From NCBI GenBank assembly GCA_038087875.1, contig CM075991.1, positions 3,410,001-3,474,000 on the forward strand: 64,000 nucleotides of DNA, in the 5' to 3' direction. The notes beneath the pieces were generated by a model, which made no database searches, was not told the DNA's origin, and saw nothing but the letters and a program-made list of their open reading frames with translations. The translations under genes and the position numbers were made by a program. Positions 50,846 to 64,000 of this stretch are shown here, in pieces. Each line of letters begins with the position of its first letter. Position 1 is the first letter of the stretch. The DNA comes from Malacoraja senta. Lineage: Eukaryota.

Positions 50846-51811
50846 TTCTGAAAAGGCCATATCTTGGAAGAGGATTATCAGACCGTACGGTGGATGTTAT
50901 AGCAGCAGCCTGGAGGAATAGTACACAGAAGCAGTACATTTCTTATATAAAGAAATGGGAGGTGTTTTGTTCAGGAAAGAATATTGCATATAACACAGCA
51001 GAAATTTCAGATGTATTAGAGTTTCTTTCAACTCTTTACTACGAATTAAAAATTAAGTTATAGTGCAAACAATACTGCACGAAGTGCACTCTCTGCATAT
51101 TAAGCAGTGAATTAGAACAAAATCCAATATGATCACATCCTTGGGTCTGTAGGTTTAGGGAGGGAATTTTCAATTCCAATCCTCCTAGACCTAGGTATAC
51201 AGAAATCTGTAATGTAAAAGATGTACTGATGCTGCTGAGGGATTGGAATCCTATTGAAACTCTGTCATTAGGCGAAATCACCATGAAATTGGTTATGCTG
51301 ACGGCATTAGTTTCAGCTCAGAGAGTTCAAACATTACAGAAATTAAATTGACAGAATGAAAGTAGGGGCAGATGCCGTTACATTCTATGTCTATGATTTA
51401 CTGAAGCAAAGTAGACCTGGGTTCACGGGATGTAAGTTGGAGTTTTCAGCATATCCTACGGATCCATGGCTATGTGTAGTAACATATGTAAGGTGTTACA
51501 TGGAAACAAACAGAATCTTAAGAGGCACAGAATTAGCATTTTTTATTAGTCATAAAAGTCCTCATAAGAAAGTGTCAACACAGACAATTTCAAGATTGAA
51601 ACAGGTGTTGATTTATTCAGGTATTGATACTGATAAATTAAAATCTCATTCCACCAGGGCGGCATCATCATTGGCCAGGGATTCAGACATTCCAATAGAC
51701 CTTATCCTCGCTGCCGCAGGATGGGCAAGTGAACAGATGTTTCACAGTATTACCATAAGGAGATTAAAGATCCCAGGGTGGTTGGTGATGCCGTGCTGGG
51801 TTCAGTATTAA
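50839..51811 (+). pseudogene. DIRS tyrosine recombinase
   Basis: STQKQY...W, LVSAQRV, HSTRAAS...AAGW motifs; frameshifted. Confidence 0.9.
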
Positions 51812-53506
51812 ATCCCCCATTATGATAAATGGGTTAATTTGTTAAAATAAATAAAACCATTAACTGATTACATTTAATGTTGTGGTTATGCATTGTGGAT
51901 TGTGCTTACTCAAATAGAGTCAATCGATGCAGTGAACACCTGGATTTTAATCCACGGTGTGAAATCACAGAGCTTTGAAATCTTCACGTAGTCACTCACG
52001 TGACTCCGAAGTAAAATAGTAAGATTAAATGAGAACTTACCAGTTTGAAGTTTGATCTTTATTTTATGAGGAGTAACGTTGAGGGATTACGTGCCCTCCG
52101 CTCCCACCCTCATAAAAGGATTGAGCTGGTAGTTCTAGTCTTTATGCATCTTACTATCCTACTTCTGTAATTATCGTCTGTGATTTTCACTCCGCTGCTT
52201 TGAAGATTGACGCGTGTGCGGCTGGACGGGGTCTTCTTCACGTAATCCCTCAACGTTACTCCTCATAAAATAAGGATCAAACTTCAAACTGGTAAGTTCT
52301 CGTTTAATCTTACTATTCTTGATTAGTACGGGTGTTAGAGGTAATGGGGAGAAGGCAGGAGAATGGGGTTAGGAGGGAGAGATAGATCATCCATGATTGA
52401 ATGGCGGAGTGGACTTGATGAGCCGAATGGACTGATTCTACTATCGCTATGATATCAGAGGTACTAGGGAGAAGGCAGGAGAAATGGGGTTGAGAGCGAA
52501 AGATAGATCAGCCATGACTGAATGGTGGAGTAGACATGATGGGCCGAATGGCCTAATTCTGCTCCTGTAATTGATGTACTTATGTTTTGCATACTATCCA
52601 AACAGGTCAGACATGTCATACATAGATACAATCAGTTCAAACTCAATTACAACAGGTAGAGTGAATATAGTTCTAAGCATTGTAGCGCACCAGTTCCATG
52701 GACAAAGTCCAATGTCCTCAATAGGATAATGGTGCTCGGACAGTACATTAGCTTATTTTCTATGTTTCTCTGTTTCTAAGCGTTATAAGACATTGATGAG
52801 GTGGCATTTAGAGACTCTGGCCGGTGTGGGATAAGTTGGGCTGAAGGGTCTGTTTCCACACGTTATCACTGTGACTCTATGACTTTAGAAACCTGCATGT
52901 CTTTGGGGTGCGGGAGGAAACCGGACCTCCCAGAGGAAACTCACGCAGTCACAACGAGAACGTACAAATTCCACATGGACAGCATCGAACCTGGGACTTT
53001 GGTGCTGTTAGGCAGCGGCTCTGCCAGATGTGCCACTGTGCCGTCCTGTCTGGTTTAGGACTCGGTGGCAGAGGAAGGCTTTGCTGTGGAGAATTTTCTT
53101 TGAGTAAATCTCAGAAATGTCAATATCAGCGGAACCTGGATGCTGAATTATTGGGCCTTACGAATGCTTAGAGTGTTGTGGGTTGTTGAACGTGAAGGAA
53201 ATCAAGGGAAATGTTGATTGGAGAGAAATGTTGATGAATTGTAGCGGCAATTGTTGAATGGTGGAGAAAGCCCAGAGGGTTGTACCACAGACTCCAACTT
53301 TTATTTCTTATTTTCATGTTACATTGTCCACAGTGGTGGTCCATAGGCACGTGAAAGAAGGAACTCGGGGAGAAATAAAAAGATTCAATATATTCTAAAA
53401 ATCCAGAGAAAGAGATGGTTCAGCAAATCCATTTTTTGAATGATACAATGTCCGAAAATCTGTAGGCGTTTTCTATATTCATATCTGGTCAAGCACATAA
53501 AGCACA

Positions 53507-53810
53507 GGGGTGGCAAGATGGTGCAGCGGTAGAGTTGCTGCCTCACAGCACCAGAGTTCCGGGTTCGTTCCTGACTATGTGTGCTGTCTGTACGGAGTTT
53601 GTATGTTTTTCTCGTGACCGCGTGATTTTTTCCGGGTATTCCGGTTTCCACCCACTTCCCAAAGACATACAGGTTTGTAGGTTAATTGGTTTCGGGACAA
53701 ATTGTAAATTGTCCCTAGTGCGTAGGATGGTGCCAGTGTACGGGAATCACTGGTCGGGGCGGACTCGTTGGGCCGAAGGGCCTGTTTCCACTCTATCTCT
53801 AAACTAAATG
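53507..53810 (+). mobile_element. HE1-like tRNA SINE, full length
   Basis: A box TGGTGCAGCGG, B box GGTTCGTTCC, tail GGGCCGAAGGGCCTGTTTCC...CTAAACTAAA. Confidence 0.85.
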
Positions 53811-54254
53811 AAACACATTTCATCATTATACATATGCCCCATTTGCATTTCTCTTGCAGTGGCTCTGAACATTTCAGCAGCTGTAGAGAAGTGTCACCAT
53901 CACTTTCTGAGAAAGAAAGTAATTTGTAAACTAAAGAGTATAAAATGTAAAAAAAATTCGCACTACATTTCATCGAGAAAATCATAAGGAATGAATTATA
54001 GAGTAAATAACATACACATTTAGAAATTAACCAGTCAATTTAATAAAGATTTAATGGAAAATATTGCATCATTTAAGTTCCACACCGGAGACAAAAGAGG
54101 CTACAGATGCTGGAATCTTAACAAAACACACAGTGCTGGAGGAACTCAGCGGGTCAGGCAGCATCTGACAGACTATCTTTTGGGTCGGAACCCTTCTTCA
54201 GACTGCTGGATTGAGTGTATCAAATTAAAACTGTACATTGTCCTTTGTTCATTT

Positions 54255-57200
54255 ATTTTATTTCGAAGTCACGTGAGCATGGCGCGCGAGTCGGAGCAGT
54301 TCGAAACTGCTCCGGCAGGTAAGTTAATTTTGTTTTCAGCGGGCTGCTGCGGGCTCCGAACGGGAGCAGGTACGGCGGGCCTGGAATAGCTGACAGGCGC
54401 AGCCTGTGCAGCTGCTGCCATTGGAGCTCCGAACGGGAGTAGGCGGCCGAATTTGGAGGCCGCCGTGGAAGCTCCATAGGAGCTCGGATTCAATATTGCA
54501 GCTGCCGGCATTGGTGCTCCAATCGGGAGCAGGCGGCCAGATTTGAGGCCACCTTGGAAGCTCCATTGGGAGTTGGGGCTGCCGGCGCAGCTAGGCTAGC
54601 GATCGCTGCTAGATTAGCAGCAGGCCGTAGTTTAAATATAGCCGCGGCTAGGTTACCGATGGATGCTAAAGCTAACAGCAGCCAGTGCTTTCGAAAATTA
54701 GCCGTGGCCGGGGCAGCGAATGCTAGGTAAGCTCAGCTGCCATAGCGCCTCTCAATTTTTAAACATAGATGCTGCTGGTTGAGGCAGCATAGGCTGTAGA
54801 CCAGCATATAGTGTGTGCTCTATTTATAGGGCGGTTATAAATAGAGCTGGCAGTTTTTAATAGCGGTTGCCGTTCGATCACGTTTGTGACTATCGCAGCA
54901 GATAAGCATACAAAGGTTCTGATCGAGTGGCGGATCAAAGAGATTGTGTTGCGCACTCTGGCGACTCAGACAAGTGGTTTCAGTCAGAGGACTGCGAAGC
55001 AATTCCTGATTCAGGCTTGCATTATGCTAAATTCCACTCTGAGAAAGAACGCTGAGGATTTGTGGTGACTCATATAGTCAAGAGTTGACAGGGAACTCGT
55101 ATTCCCACCTCAAAGGGAGACTGTGTTTTAGCTCTAGTCATAAGGTTCTGATTTTACTTCGGAGTCACGTGAGTGACTACGTGAAGAAGACCCGTCAGGG
55201 CGCATGCGCGTCATTACGTCTGACGCATTGGCGCGAACGGCAGCAGGAGGACGGAGCTCCTCCTCCAGGTGAGTAGATACAGCTCCACCAAAGTCGGGGA
55301 GACTTTGGAGGAGTTAGAAAAAAGTAGAAATTGTTGCTGTATTTTTTTCCCCATAATGCAGGAACAAGTAAAAAATCATCAAGGTGCAGGCCTGCTACGG
55401 ACAAGGAGAGAGAGAGCTGCGGGAGCGCAGTATCTGAAAGGCAGCCTGTCACCTCTGGGGAGTCGCAAGCCGGTAGCGGTGTGGCGACATACTTGGCAAA
55501 GTGCCCAGCCGGGTACACAGCCAACGCCAGTCGGGCGGTAGGCATAAGCCAAGTCTGTCAGGGCCATTGACTCCGCAGAGTCGGGCCAGGTGAGTCCCGT
55601 CGGGGACAGGATACCGTTCCCCAGCGGTTATCCAAAAGGAGCAGCGCATACAGGGGCTGCTCCACAAAGCCACACACCAGGAGGAGTAGTGCAGGCGGGA
55701 GGCCGTGGGGACGGCTCCGCCGGCAGTGCCTAGGAGAGGCCTGCTTCACAAAGCCACACTCCAGGAGGAGTTGTGCAGGCGGGAGGCCGTCGGGAAGGCT
55801 CCGCCGGCAGTGCCTAGTAGAGGCTTGCTTGAAAGCACCCTCTTTGCAAGAAGTGAGTGCAGAAGGGCAGATACGCTCTGACCCTGAGTCTGACGACGAC
55901 TTCCAAAGGGAGGGCATGCAGCGGCCAGAGCTGACACCATGTGCAGCACGGTTTGCCATGTCGTCGGACGCTGGTGAGCCTCTGGGTGAGGAACTTGCCA
56001 CCAGCATAAAATATGCTTCACTCTGCCAGCCTGGCACAGTGCAACCGGCACAGCTGTTTGGCGAGGATTTCGCAAAGCAGGTGAAGGAGCTGGAGGAGGA
56101 GGCCAAGACGGTGGGCTTGATTAAGCAGCCAGCAGCCACATATCCACCAAAGCGGAAATATCCCTATAAGCGAGGAGACTGGTCCGGGCAAGGGACGAGT
56201 CCAGCTACGATGCAGCGCAGTAGGCGTTCGGCTGTAGCAGCGCCAGGGAAGGTGAGATATCCAGCTCGAGGCCGGGGAAGAATGCCAGGTGGTAAGGAAG
56301 TAAGTGGGTCTGGTTCTCATGTAGACAGATCTAATGTGATACAATTAAATGTTTACCTCAGATATGTTTATACTGAAGGTTATTGAAGGGTATCGAATAA
56401 AGCTTAATGCAAATTCTGATTTACCCATGCAACATGTTCCAAAAAGGTGTTTGACTTCAGTATCACTGAACAATTGGAAGTTCAGGTGGAACTTGCAAGC
56501 TTATGTAATAACGGTGTAATTGCTAAGGCAGTTTACCAAAGCCATCAGTTTGTGTCCAATATCTTTCCCAGACCAAAAAAGAATGGGGGATGCAGAATTA
56601 TACTGGACCTGAATAGGCTTAACCCTTTTGTACGATATAGACATTTTAAGATGGAAACGTTTGTGAAGGGCATCTTAAAGATGTGGATTCAGTGTCTGTT
56701 CATTTGCAGGATAAAAGATTTAAAATTCAGCTGGATGGGGCAATTATGGCAATACAATGCACTGCCTAATGGTTTGTCTTCAGTTCCTAGAGTGATTACA
56801 AAGTTGTTGAAACCTATTCTAGGCATGATGAGAAGTCAAGGGCATGTGCTCATGGCTTAGCTAGATAATATCTTGATTGTAGGACAATCAAAGGAAACAG
56901 CTGAAGCATCATTGGCAGTTGGTAAAAAACACTTTTTAAAAAATTGGTCTTCATAAGCTATCCAGAGAAATCTAAATTAATACCTGTGACACAAATTGAC
57001 TAGTTGGGTTCACAATAGACTTAATCAACATGATTGTGACCTTGCCCAGGCAAAAAAGGGTTGAGCTAATTAAGAGCTGTATCAAGTTAATTGCTGACAC
57101 ACAGCCTTCAATTAGCCAGGTGACGAGTCTGCTGGGGAAATTGCTGGCAGCATTTCCAGCAGTTCAATAGTGGCCACTTTATTATCTACAATTACAAAGG

Positions 57201-60200
57201 TCAAAGGAACAAGCACTGAGGATACATTAGGGTCATTATAATAGACCTATGCTTTTATCAATGGAGGCTGTTGCTGATGAACAATGGTGGATTCAGCATG
57301 TGTCCACTAGTAGTTCCAAAGTGTTATTGGACCAAGCTTCCATGATTTTGCAGACAGATGTCAGAGCACTTGGTAGGGTGCTACTGATGCAAGATCCAGC
57401 TGTGGAGACAGATGGACATTGCTTCTGCAAACATGGGGAATTAACCAAGAGTATTTTATGGACTCAAGGCTTATGGCACTAACAAAACTAGCTTGCATAT
57501 GCAGTGCCAAATAGACAACACTACAGCAGTTGCTTATATGAATCACATGGGTGGAATCAAATCGTTATCATGTGACAGGTTGGCAAATAAAAATGGACCT
57601 GGTGTATGGATAGAGATATTTGGATTGGAGCTATCTATCTGCCAGGGAAACTTAATGTAGTACCAGATGGCAGCTCACGAAAATTCCGTGATAATACAGA
57701 GTGGATGTTGAACCAGGATGTGTTCAAGAACATAGTACTTCTATATGGAAGGCCAAAATATGTTTCATGGGCACCAGATCCAGGGGCAGTGGCAATTGAT
57801 GCTTTTTCACTAAATTGGGATGATATGTTTGTGTACATTTTCCCATCATTCTGCCTCATAGGTCGGTGTTTGAGAAAATCAAGCTGGATGCCGCTTCAGG
57901 GGTTTTGGTGATACCAAATTGCCCGATTCAACCATGGTTCCCTTTGATGTTACAGATAGCGATCCAACCTCCTTTTGCTGATTCCAAACAGTAGGAATTT
58001 GCTGGAGCATCCAGTAACGCGTTAAGTTCATCCGTTATGTGATCGTATTGATCTGTTAATTTGCAGGTTTTTAAGAATGCCTTACATTGGTCGAGGACTT
58101 TCTAGGCCAACGGTGGATATACTCACTGCAGCCTGGAGAAAGAGTACTCAAAAGCAGTATATGACGTAAAAAAATGGGAACAATATGGTGTTCAAAAGAA
58201 TATTCAATATGATACTGTAGTTATTGAAAATGTGTTAGAGTTTTATCTACGCTTTATTATGATGAGGGTCTTAGCTATACTGCTATCAATACAGCTAGAA
58301 GTGCTTTGTCGGCATATCTTGTAATAGGTACACGGACACAAAGTATAGGTTCTCACCCTGTCATATCTAGGTTGATGAAAGGAATCTTTAATTCCAAACC
58401 GCCTAAGCCTAGGTATATGGTAATCTGCGATGTAAGCGTTGTTCTTAACATGCTTCGTCATTGGGTCCCTGTCACGTCTATTACTTAGTTAAAATTAACC
58501 ATGAAATTGGCTATGCTAATGGCATTGGTGTCAGTACAGAGAGTGCAGACTTTGCAAAAACTTCAGTTAGATAGAATGGAAGTGACTACAGAGAATGTTC
58601 TGTTTTATATTTATGACCTGCTCAAACAAAGCAGGCCAGGTGTGACAGGATTTAAGATTGTGTTCTCAGCATATCCTACAGCTCCATGTTTATGTGTAAG
58701 GACACATTTCTTACATTACATTGAAGCCACAAGGGCTTTAAGACAAGAAGAAACAGGATTATTTGTCAGTTACAAGAAGCCAACATAAAAGAGTGGCAGT
58801 TCAGACTATCTCAAGGTGGTTAAAGCAAGAGTTGGTTCAGGCAGGAATTAACATTTATGTGTTTACATCTCATTCCACTAGCACAGTAGCAACATCCGCG
58901 GCCAGGGCGATGGACGTTCCCATCGACCATATATTAAAAGCCACAGGTTGGAAAAATGAACTTGTGTTTCAGCAATACTACCATCGGCCGATTGCCGATG
59001 GAGGGCTGTTTTCCAACTCAATATTGAGTGCTGTTGCTATTGTTTAAAGTCTGTTTTCAATACTGTTTAATTCTGTTTCGTTTGTTGCCCCTACATTAAG
59101 AGGGTTTATTGGTTGTTTTATGACCCAAAATAAAACTGTTTTGTTTTTGCATGATATGCAATGTCAGGTTTACAGCATTATTGATGATACTCAGAGTCAA
59201 TCGATGCAGTGAGAAGCCGGGATTTTGATCTGCGGCATAAAAATCACAGAGCTTTAAAATCTTCACGTAGTCACTCACGTGACTCCGAAGTAAAATAGTA
59301 AGATTAAACGAGAACTTACCAGTTTGAAGTTTGATCTTTATTTTATGAGGAGTTACGTTGGTGATTACGTGCCCGCCACGCCCAACCCTCTCTCATAGAA
59401 AAAAGGTCATAATGTTAGTTCTCATGTTGATCATCTTAATATGTTACTTCAATTATGGTGTTGTCTGTGATTTCATACCGCTGCTTTGAAGATTGACGCA
59501 CATGCGCCCTGATGGGTCTTCTTCACGTAATCACCAATGTAACTCCTCATAAAATAAAGATCAAACTTCAAACTGGTAAGTTCTCGTTTAATCTTACTAT
59601 TATATGTTATCCGCGAAATGTATGAATAACTAGATAATGCATCTTCCGTGGCAAAAGAAGCCAAAACTATTCCGTCCGTATGGTCAATAGAGGAACGGTA
59701 GTTCCAAGTGGAATCAGTGACATCTCACGAAGGATATGTGGTCTGCCCGAGAACAAGAGGGGTATATTTCTGATACTTCTCAAGATCACAGAAACATGGA
59801 GCATGCCGAATCAGGTTAGGATTTGGCTAATCTGATCATGTGTTTAGTTACCCAGTTTAAGATGGATGATTGGCTTTCAGCAATTTAACTGATTCAGAGT
59901 ATCGATCTTCAAGATGCATACTTTGCCATATCTATACAAATGAGGCACAGATTATCTGGTGTTTGATAACAAAGCCAGTGGTGGACGCTAATGCTGCCCT
60001 ACTCAGATCAAAGGGCATTGTGTCATCGAGTTTGATAATATGTGAAATTTGCAGCTGATAAAACTTAGGGGTTTATCATTAGATACCTCTTGCAATATTA
60101 AGGATGAGGCAACATTAAATTTAATAGGGCCAACTTTGCCTATGCATTCAGGCCTTGGTAAGGCGGCTGAAGCAACTCCTATTTACTCGGTCACGAGTGA

Positions 60201-61503
60201 TGGCTGGGGCAGCCTGTCTTCTCGGGCAGCTAGCTCTGCGCGATTGTATGGGAAGTTTGTGAACTAAATATGTGAGTTATTTTTAAACGGACGTAACAGA
60301 GGTTTGTGTGGCTTTCAGTTTGGGCTTAGAGAAACGTTTATGTGATAGCACTGACGTTGACACTGCTTGTACTGCTTTGTCATTCTCTATAGTCCCATAA
60401 GTGGGACAATAAAGGAATGGTTATTCACCCGCTGCTCACTAACATTATGCAGGGTGTCTTTTACAGTATATGACCACTCTAAAAGCCTACACTCATTGTA
60501 GTGTGCAATGTATACCAGTAAATTATTATGCAAATATTCTTCTACTGTATTCCTAATGGGAGCAGTATTTTTTAAGTTGATTATGCTTTTAGCAATTGAT
60601 TTCAGCACAAAGAACACAGCCTGTACTCAATCTCTGGCTCGGTCTCAGGGTCATAACTGACATTAGGGTAGCTTGTTATGGGAATGATCTCATAAATAAA
60701 ATGGGCATGATTGCGTACATTTGAAGTCGACAGCATACCCACCAGAGCAGAGATTGGGGGTGTCATTAGGTATACAAGTGCACTGAGCTTGCTAGTACCT
60801 ATGAGATGAAAGATAGTTTCTTTATTGTTATTCAATAGTCTCAAGATATTGCTGATGGCTCATTAGCAGCCAATAGAATGGATTTTCCCTTTCATCATAC
60901 AGCAAGAGGCTTACATAGTGTGTGTTAATAAATTATAAAATTTGGTTGAATATGTCTGGATATTTGCAGATAGAATTCTGCACAGTGTTGCATGAGTTAT
61001 TGTCTAACTCAAAGTCAATTGGGACTATGGTCCGGTTAAGAACAATGGCCATGTATGCAAGTTAGCATCATGGTATTAATAACCCATGTTTTTCTACCAT
61101 TAATGGTTTATCTGTTTAAGTGTTTCACACACAGATTGGGTTACTGCATGAAACCACAGAGCTTTGAAGTCTTCACGTAGTCATTCAGGTGACTTCGAAA
61201 TAAAATAGAAAGATTAAACGAGAACTTACCGTTTGAAGTTTGATCTTTATTTTATGAGAAGTTGAAGTGAGGGAATACGTGCCCTCCACTCCCAACCCTA
61301 CTTCTCATAAAGATCATTCGGTAGTTCTAAGGTCGTTAATCTTTCTATAGCTTAAGTACGGCAACTAGTCTGTGGTTTCATACAGCTGCTCTGAAGATTG
61401 ACGCGCATGCGGCTGGCGGGCTCTTCACGTGTTCCCTCACTTCAACTTCTCATAAAATAAAGATCAAACTTCAAACGGTAAGCTCTCGTTTAATCTTTCA
61501 ATT
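54255..61503 (+). mobile_element. Shrunken DIRS derivative (~2.8 kb of its own sequence) hosting a nested DIRS
   Basis: Left end ATTTTATTTCGAAGTCAC matches its own ICR (~61170-61281); right end ...TTTAATCTTTCA-ATT; RT remnant SIDLQDAYFAI at 59898-59930. Confidence 0.85.
55151..59601 (+). mobile_element. DIRS1-like retrotransposon, nested, ORFs decayed
   Basis: ATT at both junctions; ITRs ~55178-55213 and ~59494-59529; ICR ~59260-59371; RT RIILDL...HFKME, MT-like YIFPSF, YR LMALVSVQRV and HST...ATGW. Confidence 0.95.
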
Positions 61504-62254
61504 TCATCCTTGTCTATGGAACTGGTTATGGAACTGGCTATGGCACGTGTTATTGATTGGGGATGATCAGCCATGATCACAATGAATGGCAGTGTTGGCT
61601 CGAAGGGCCCAATGGCCTCCTCCTGCACCTATTTTCTATGTTTCTATGGTGCGCTACAATGCTGAGAACGATATTCTGCACTCTGTATCTTCCCCTTATT
61701 GTACTTGAGTTTAACTTGATTGTATTTACTTGTGTTGTATTTTATCTAATTGAACAGCAAGCAAGACAAAGCTTTTCACGGTACCTCGGTACGCCACCGA
61801 CCATAGGACCACAAGACATAGGCGCAGAATTGGGCCATTCAGCCCATCGAGTCTACTCCGCCATTCAATCTTGGCTGATTTAATATTCTCTCTCCACCCC
61901 ATTCTCCCCGTAACCTCACTAATTAAGAACCTCTCAATCTCTGCCTTAAAAATACCCAAAGACTTGGCCTCCGCAACTGTCCGTGGCAATGAATTCCACA
62001 GATTCACCACCCTCTGGCTAAAGAAGTTCCACAGATTCACAAATTCCACAGATTCGCCACCCTCTGGCTAAAGAAGCTAAAGAGTTCACCGTACCTTGGT
62101 ACACCTGACAATAAACTAAACTGAACTGAGAGGAGGCTAAAGGGGTAGCAAGGAGCCAGATTGAATTTGTACTCTTTTTACTGAATAAGACATACTCGGG
62201 CAATCTTGTACTTTGTTAGTTTATTACTAGTGAAGCAACTGTATTGGAGCAGAC

Positions 62255-62470
62255 ACCAAACGCTGGAGTAACTCAGCGGGACAGCCAGCATCTCTGGAGA
62301 GATGAATGGGCGATGTTTCGGGTCGAGACACTTCTTCAGGTCTGAAGGAGGGTCTCGACCCGAAACTTTACCCTCTCCTTCTCTCCAGGGATGCTGCCTG
62401 TCCCGCTGAGTTACTCCAGCTTTTGGTGTCCATCTTCGGTTTAAACAAGCATCTGCAGTTCCTTCTTACA
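62255..62470. repeat. Palindromic Penelope pLTR pair
   Basis: Inverted arms centred near 62340. Confidence 0.8.
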
Positions 62471-62738
62471 CAACTGTACTGGGACAGCTTGGAACATTCG
62501 TATTACAGTTTGTACTCTTGTTATTCTCAGTACTTCTGCCAAGTGTGGCTCGGCATGGAGGAGGGATGATTCATCGACTGAGGAGGAGTGGCAGGTGGTA
62601 ATCAAGAGGATTGCTCACCTTTGTTTGACATGATACTGGAGGCATTCCCAGGTGCACTTCTTCTGACCTGTATTGCTCAATAGAAACATCTCTTGGTAGG
62701 TCCTGCCATGGACCTACCTATGCATTATGGTGGAGGAT

Positions 62739-63240
62739 TAGGATTGCCAATTGTTCCGTATTAGCCGGGACATCCCGTGTATTGGGATCAATTGGTTTGT
62801 CCCGTACGGGACCGCCCTTGATCTGTATTTGACTGCTACTACTCGGGTCGAGGGGACTGTCGGGTCGGAGCACCGCGTCCGGCCCCGCCTCACCCGTCCC
62901 GACGTAGTGCAGCCCATGGTGTGCAGCAGCAGCAGCTCCTCGCCCGTGGCCCCGTCGCTCGGCAACCCGGCCACCCGGCCAGCTGCCCGACCTTCGGACC
63001 GTTGCTTACCGCCAACACCACCACCACCCCTTCTCATGGCCGATCATCGGTTCATGAGTTGGATGGGGTGCTGGACTTCGCAGCTGGCCTGCCGGCTGGG
63101 CTTTGTGTGCAGTCCAGCACCCGGGCCAACTCATCGTTCACCCAGCCACAGCCGAGTCGGTCAATGAATTGCAGTCAGGAATTTGTCCCTTCCTTTGACC
63201 TTTTGTCCCTTATTCAGGAGTGAGAACGTTGGCAACCCTA
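62739..63240. mobile_element. hAT non-autonomous element
   Basis: TIR TAGG(A/G)TTGCCAA; 8-bp TSD TGGAGGAT at 62731-62738 and 63241-63248. Confidence 0.9.
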
Positions 63241-63289
63241 TGGAGGATCCAAGACTATCGGCAGTAAGGTCATTATATCAGGCCACAAG

Positions 63290-63560
63290 GAGCGGCACGG
63301 TGGCACAGCGGTAGTGTTGTTGCTTCACAGCGCCACAGACGCGGGTTCGATCCTCACTCTGGGTGCTGTCAGCACGGAATTGGTACCTTCACCCTGTGAC
63401 CGCATGGGTTTCCTCCGGGTGCTCCGGTTTCCTCCCGCATTCCAAAGACCTGCAGGTTTGTAATTACATTAGTCTCTGTAAATTGCCCTTAGTGTGTAGG
63501 ATAGAACTAGTGGACGGGACGATCGCTGGTCTGCGAGGTCTCGGCGGGCCGAAGGGCCAG
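63290..63560 (+). mobile_element. HE1-like tRNA SINE
   Basis: A box TGGCACAGCGG and B box GGTTCGATCC. Confidence 0.85.
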
Positions 63561-64000
63561 TACCTCTCAGCTAAACGAAAATGACTTACAATATTGGAAT
63601 CTTCAGCAAAGCACAAAGTGCTGGAGTAAATCAGCGGGTCAGGCAGCATCTGTGGGGGCGAATGGATCCTTCTTCGGACTGATTGTGGTAGAGGAGGAAC
63701 GATGGAAAAGAGAGCTCAGTGTGGAACAAAGCCCAGCAAGTAATAGATGGATGGAGGTGAGGGTGGAGAGGGGGGGCGTGGAGGAGGGGGGGGGGGGAGG
63801 GTAATGGTGGAATAGGTGACTAAGGCCAGCGATAAAAATTAGTTGGAAAGGTGTCAGATAAGGAGAGAGGAGAAGTGAAATGTAAAACCAGTGGGATGGA
63901 AAATGTTTCCCAACCTGCAACATTGTCTGTCCATTCCCCCCATGGATGCTGCCCGACCTGCTGAATTACTCTAGCATGTGGTGTTTTTGTCATTATCAGG

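Larger units (their letters stand above)
47242..52317 (+). mobile_element. Full-length DIRS1-like tyrosine-recombinase retrotransposon, ORFs decayed
   Basis: ITRs 47269-47305 and 52208-52244; ICR 51981-52093 complementary to both termini; ATT at both junctions; splits a CR1 3' end (GGTAG-ATT-CTTGATTAG). Confidence 0.95.

Noticed and set aside
53507..53580. tRNA gene
   Set aside because: The A and B boxes belong to a SINE head; no complete cloverleaf

Overview
Repeat-saturated vertebrate DNA with no host gene exon I can support. The HE1-like tRNA SINEs and CR1 tails suggest a cartilaginous fish, probably a skate or ray (inference). The window holds many CR1 fragments (one with an open 464-aa RT frame), an L2 and a full-length IR/DR Tc1. 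It also holds Neptune-type Penelope fragments with many minimal hammerhead-bearing pLTRs, PIF/Harbinger-like and hAT MITEs, an unclassified TIR element with 7-bp TSDs, and three DIRS elements (one nested in another). The most striking signal is two families of tiny (142 and 169 bp) non-coding retroposons. Each starts exactly at G1 of a minimal, essentially P4-less HDV-like ribozyme with a CPEB3-type L3 loop (UUCACGU), ends in an (AAG)n tail and is flanked by a TSD. Also notable are a ~10 kb inverted duplication with both junctions at the hairpin loop of a palindromic MITE, and a covarying hairpin plus 5' splice site in all three DIRS leaders.
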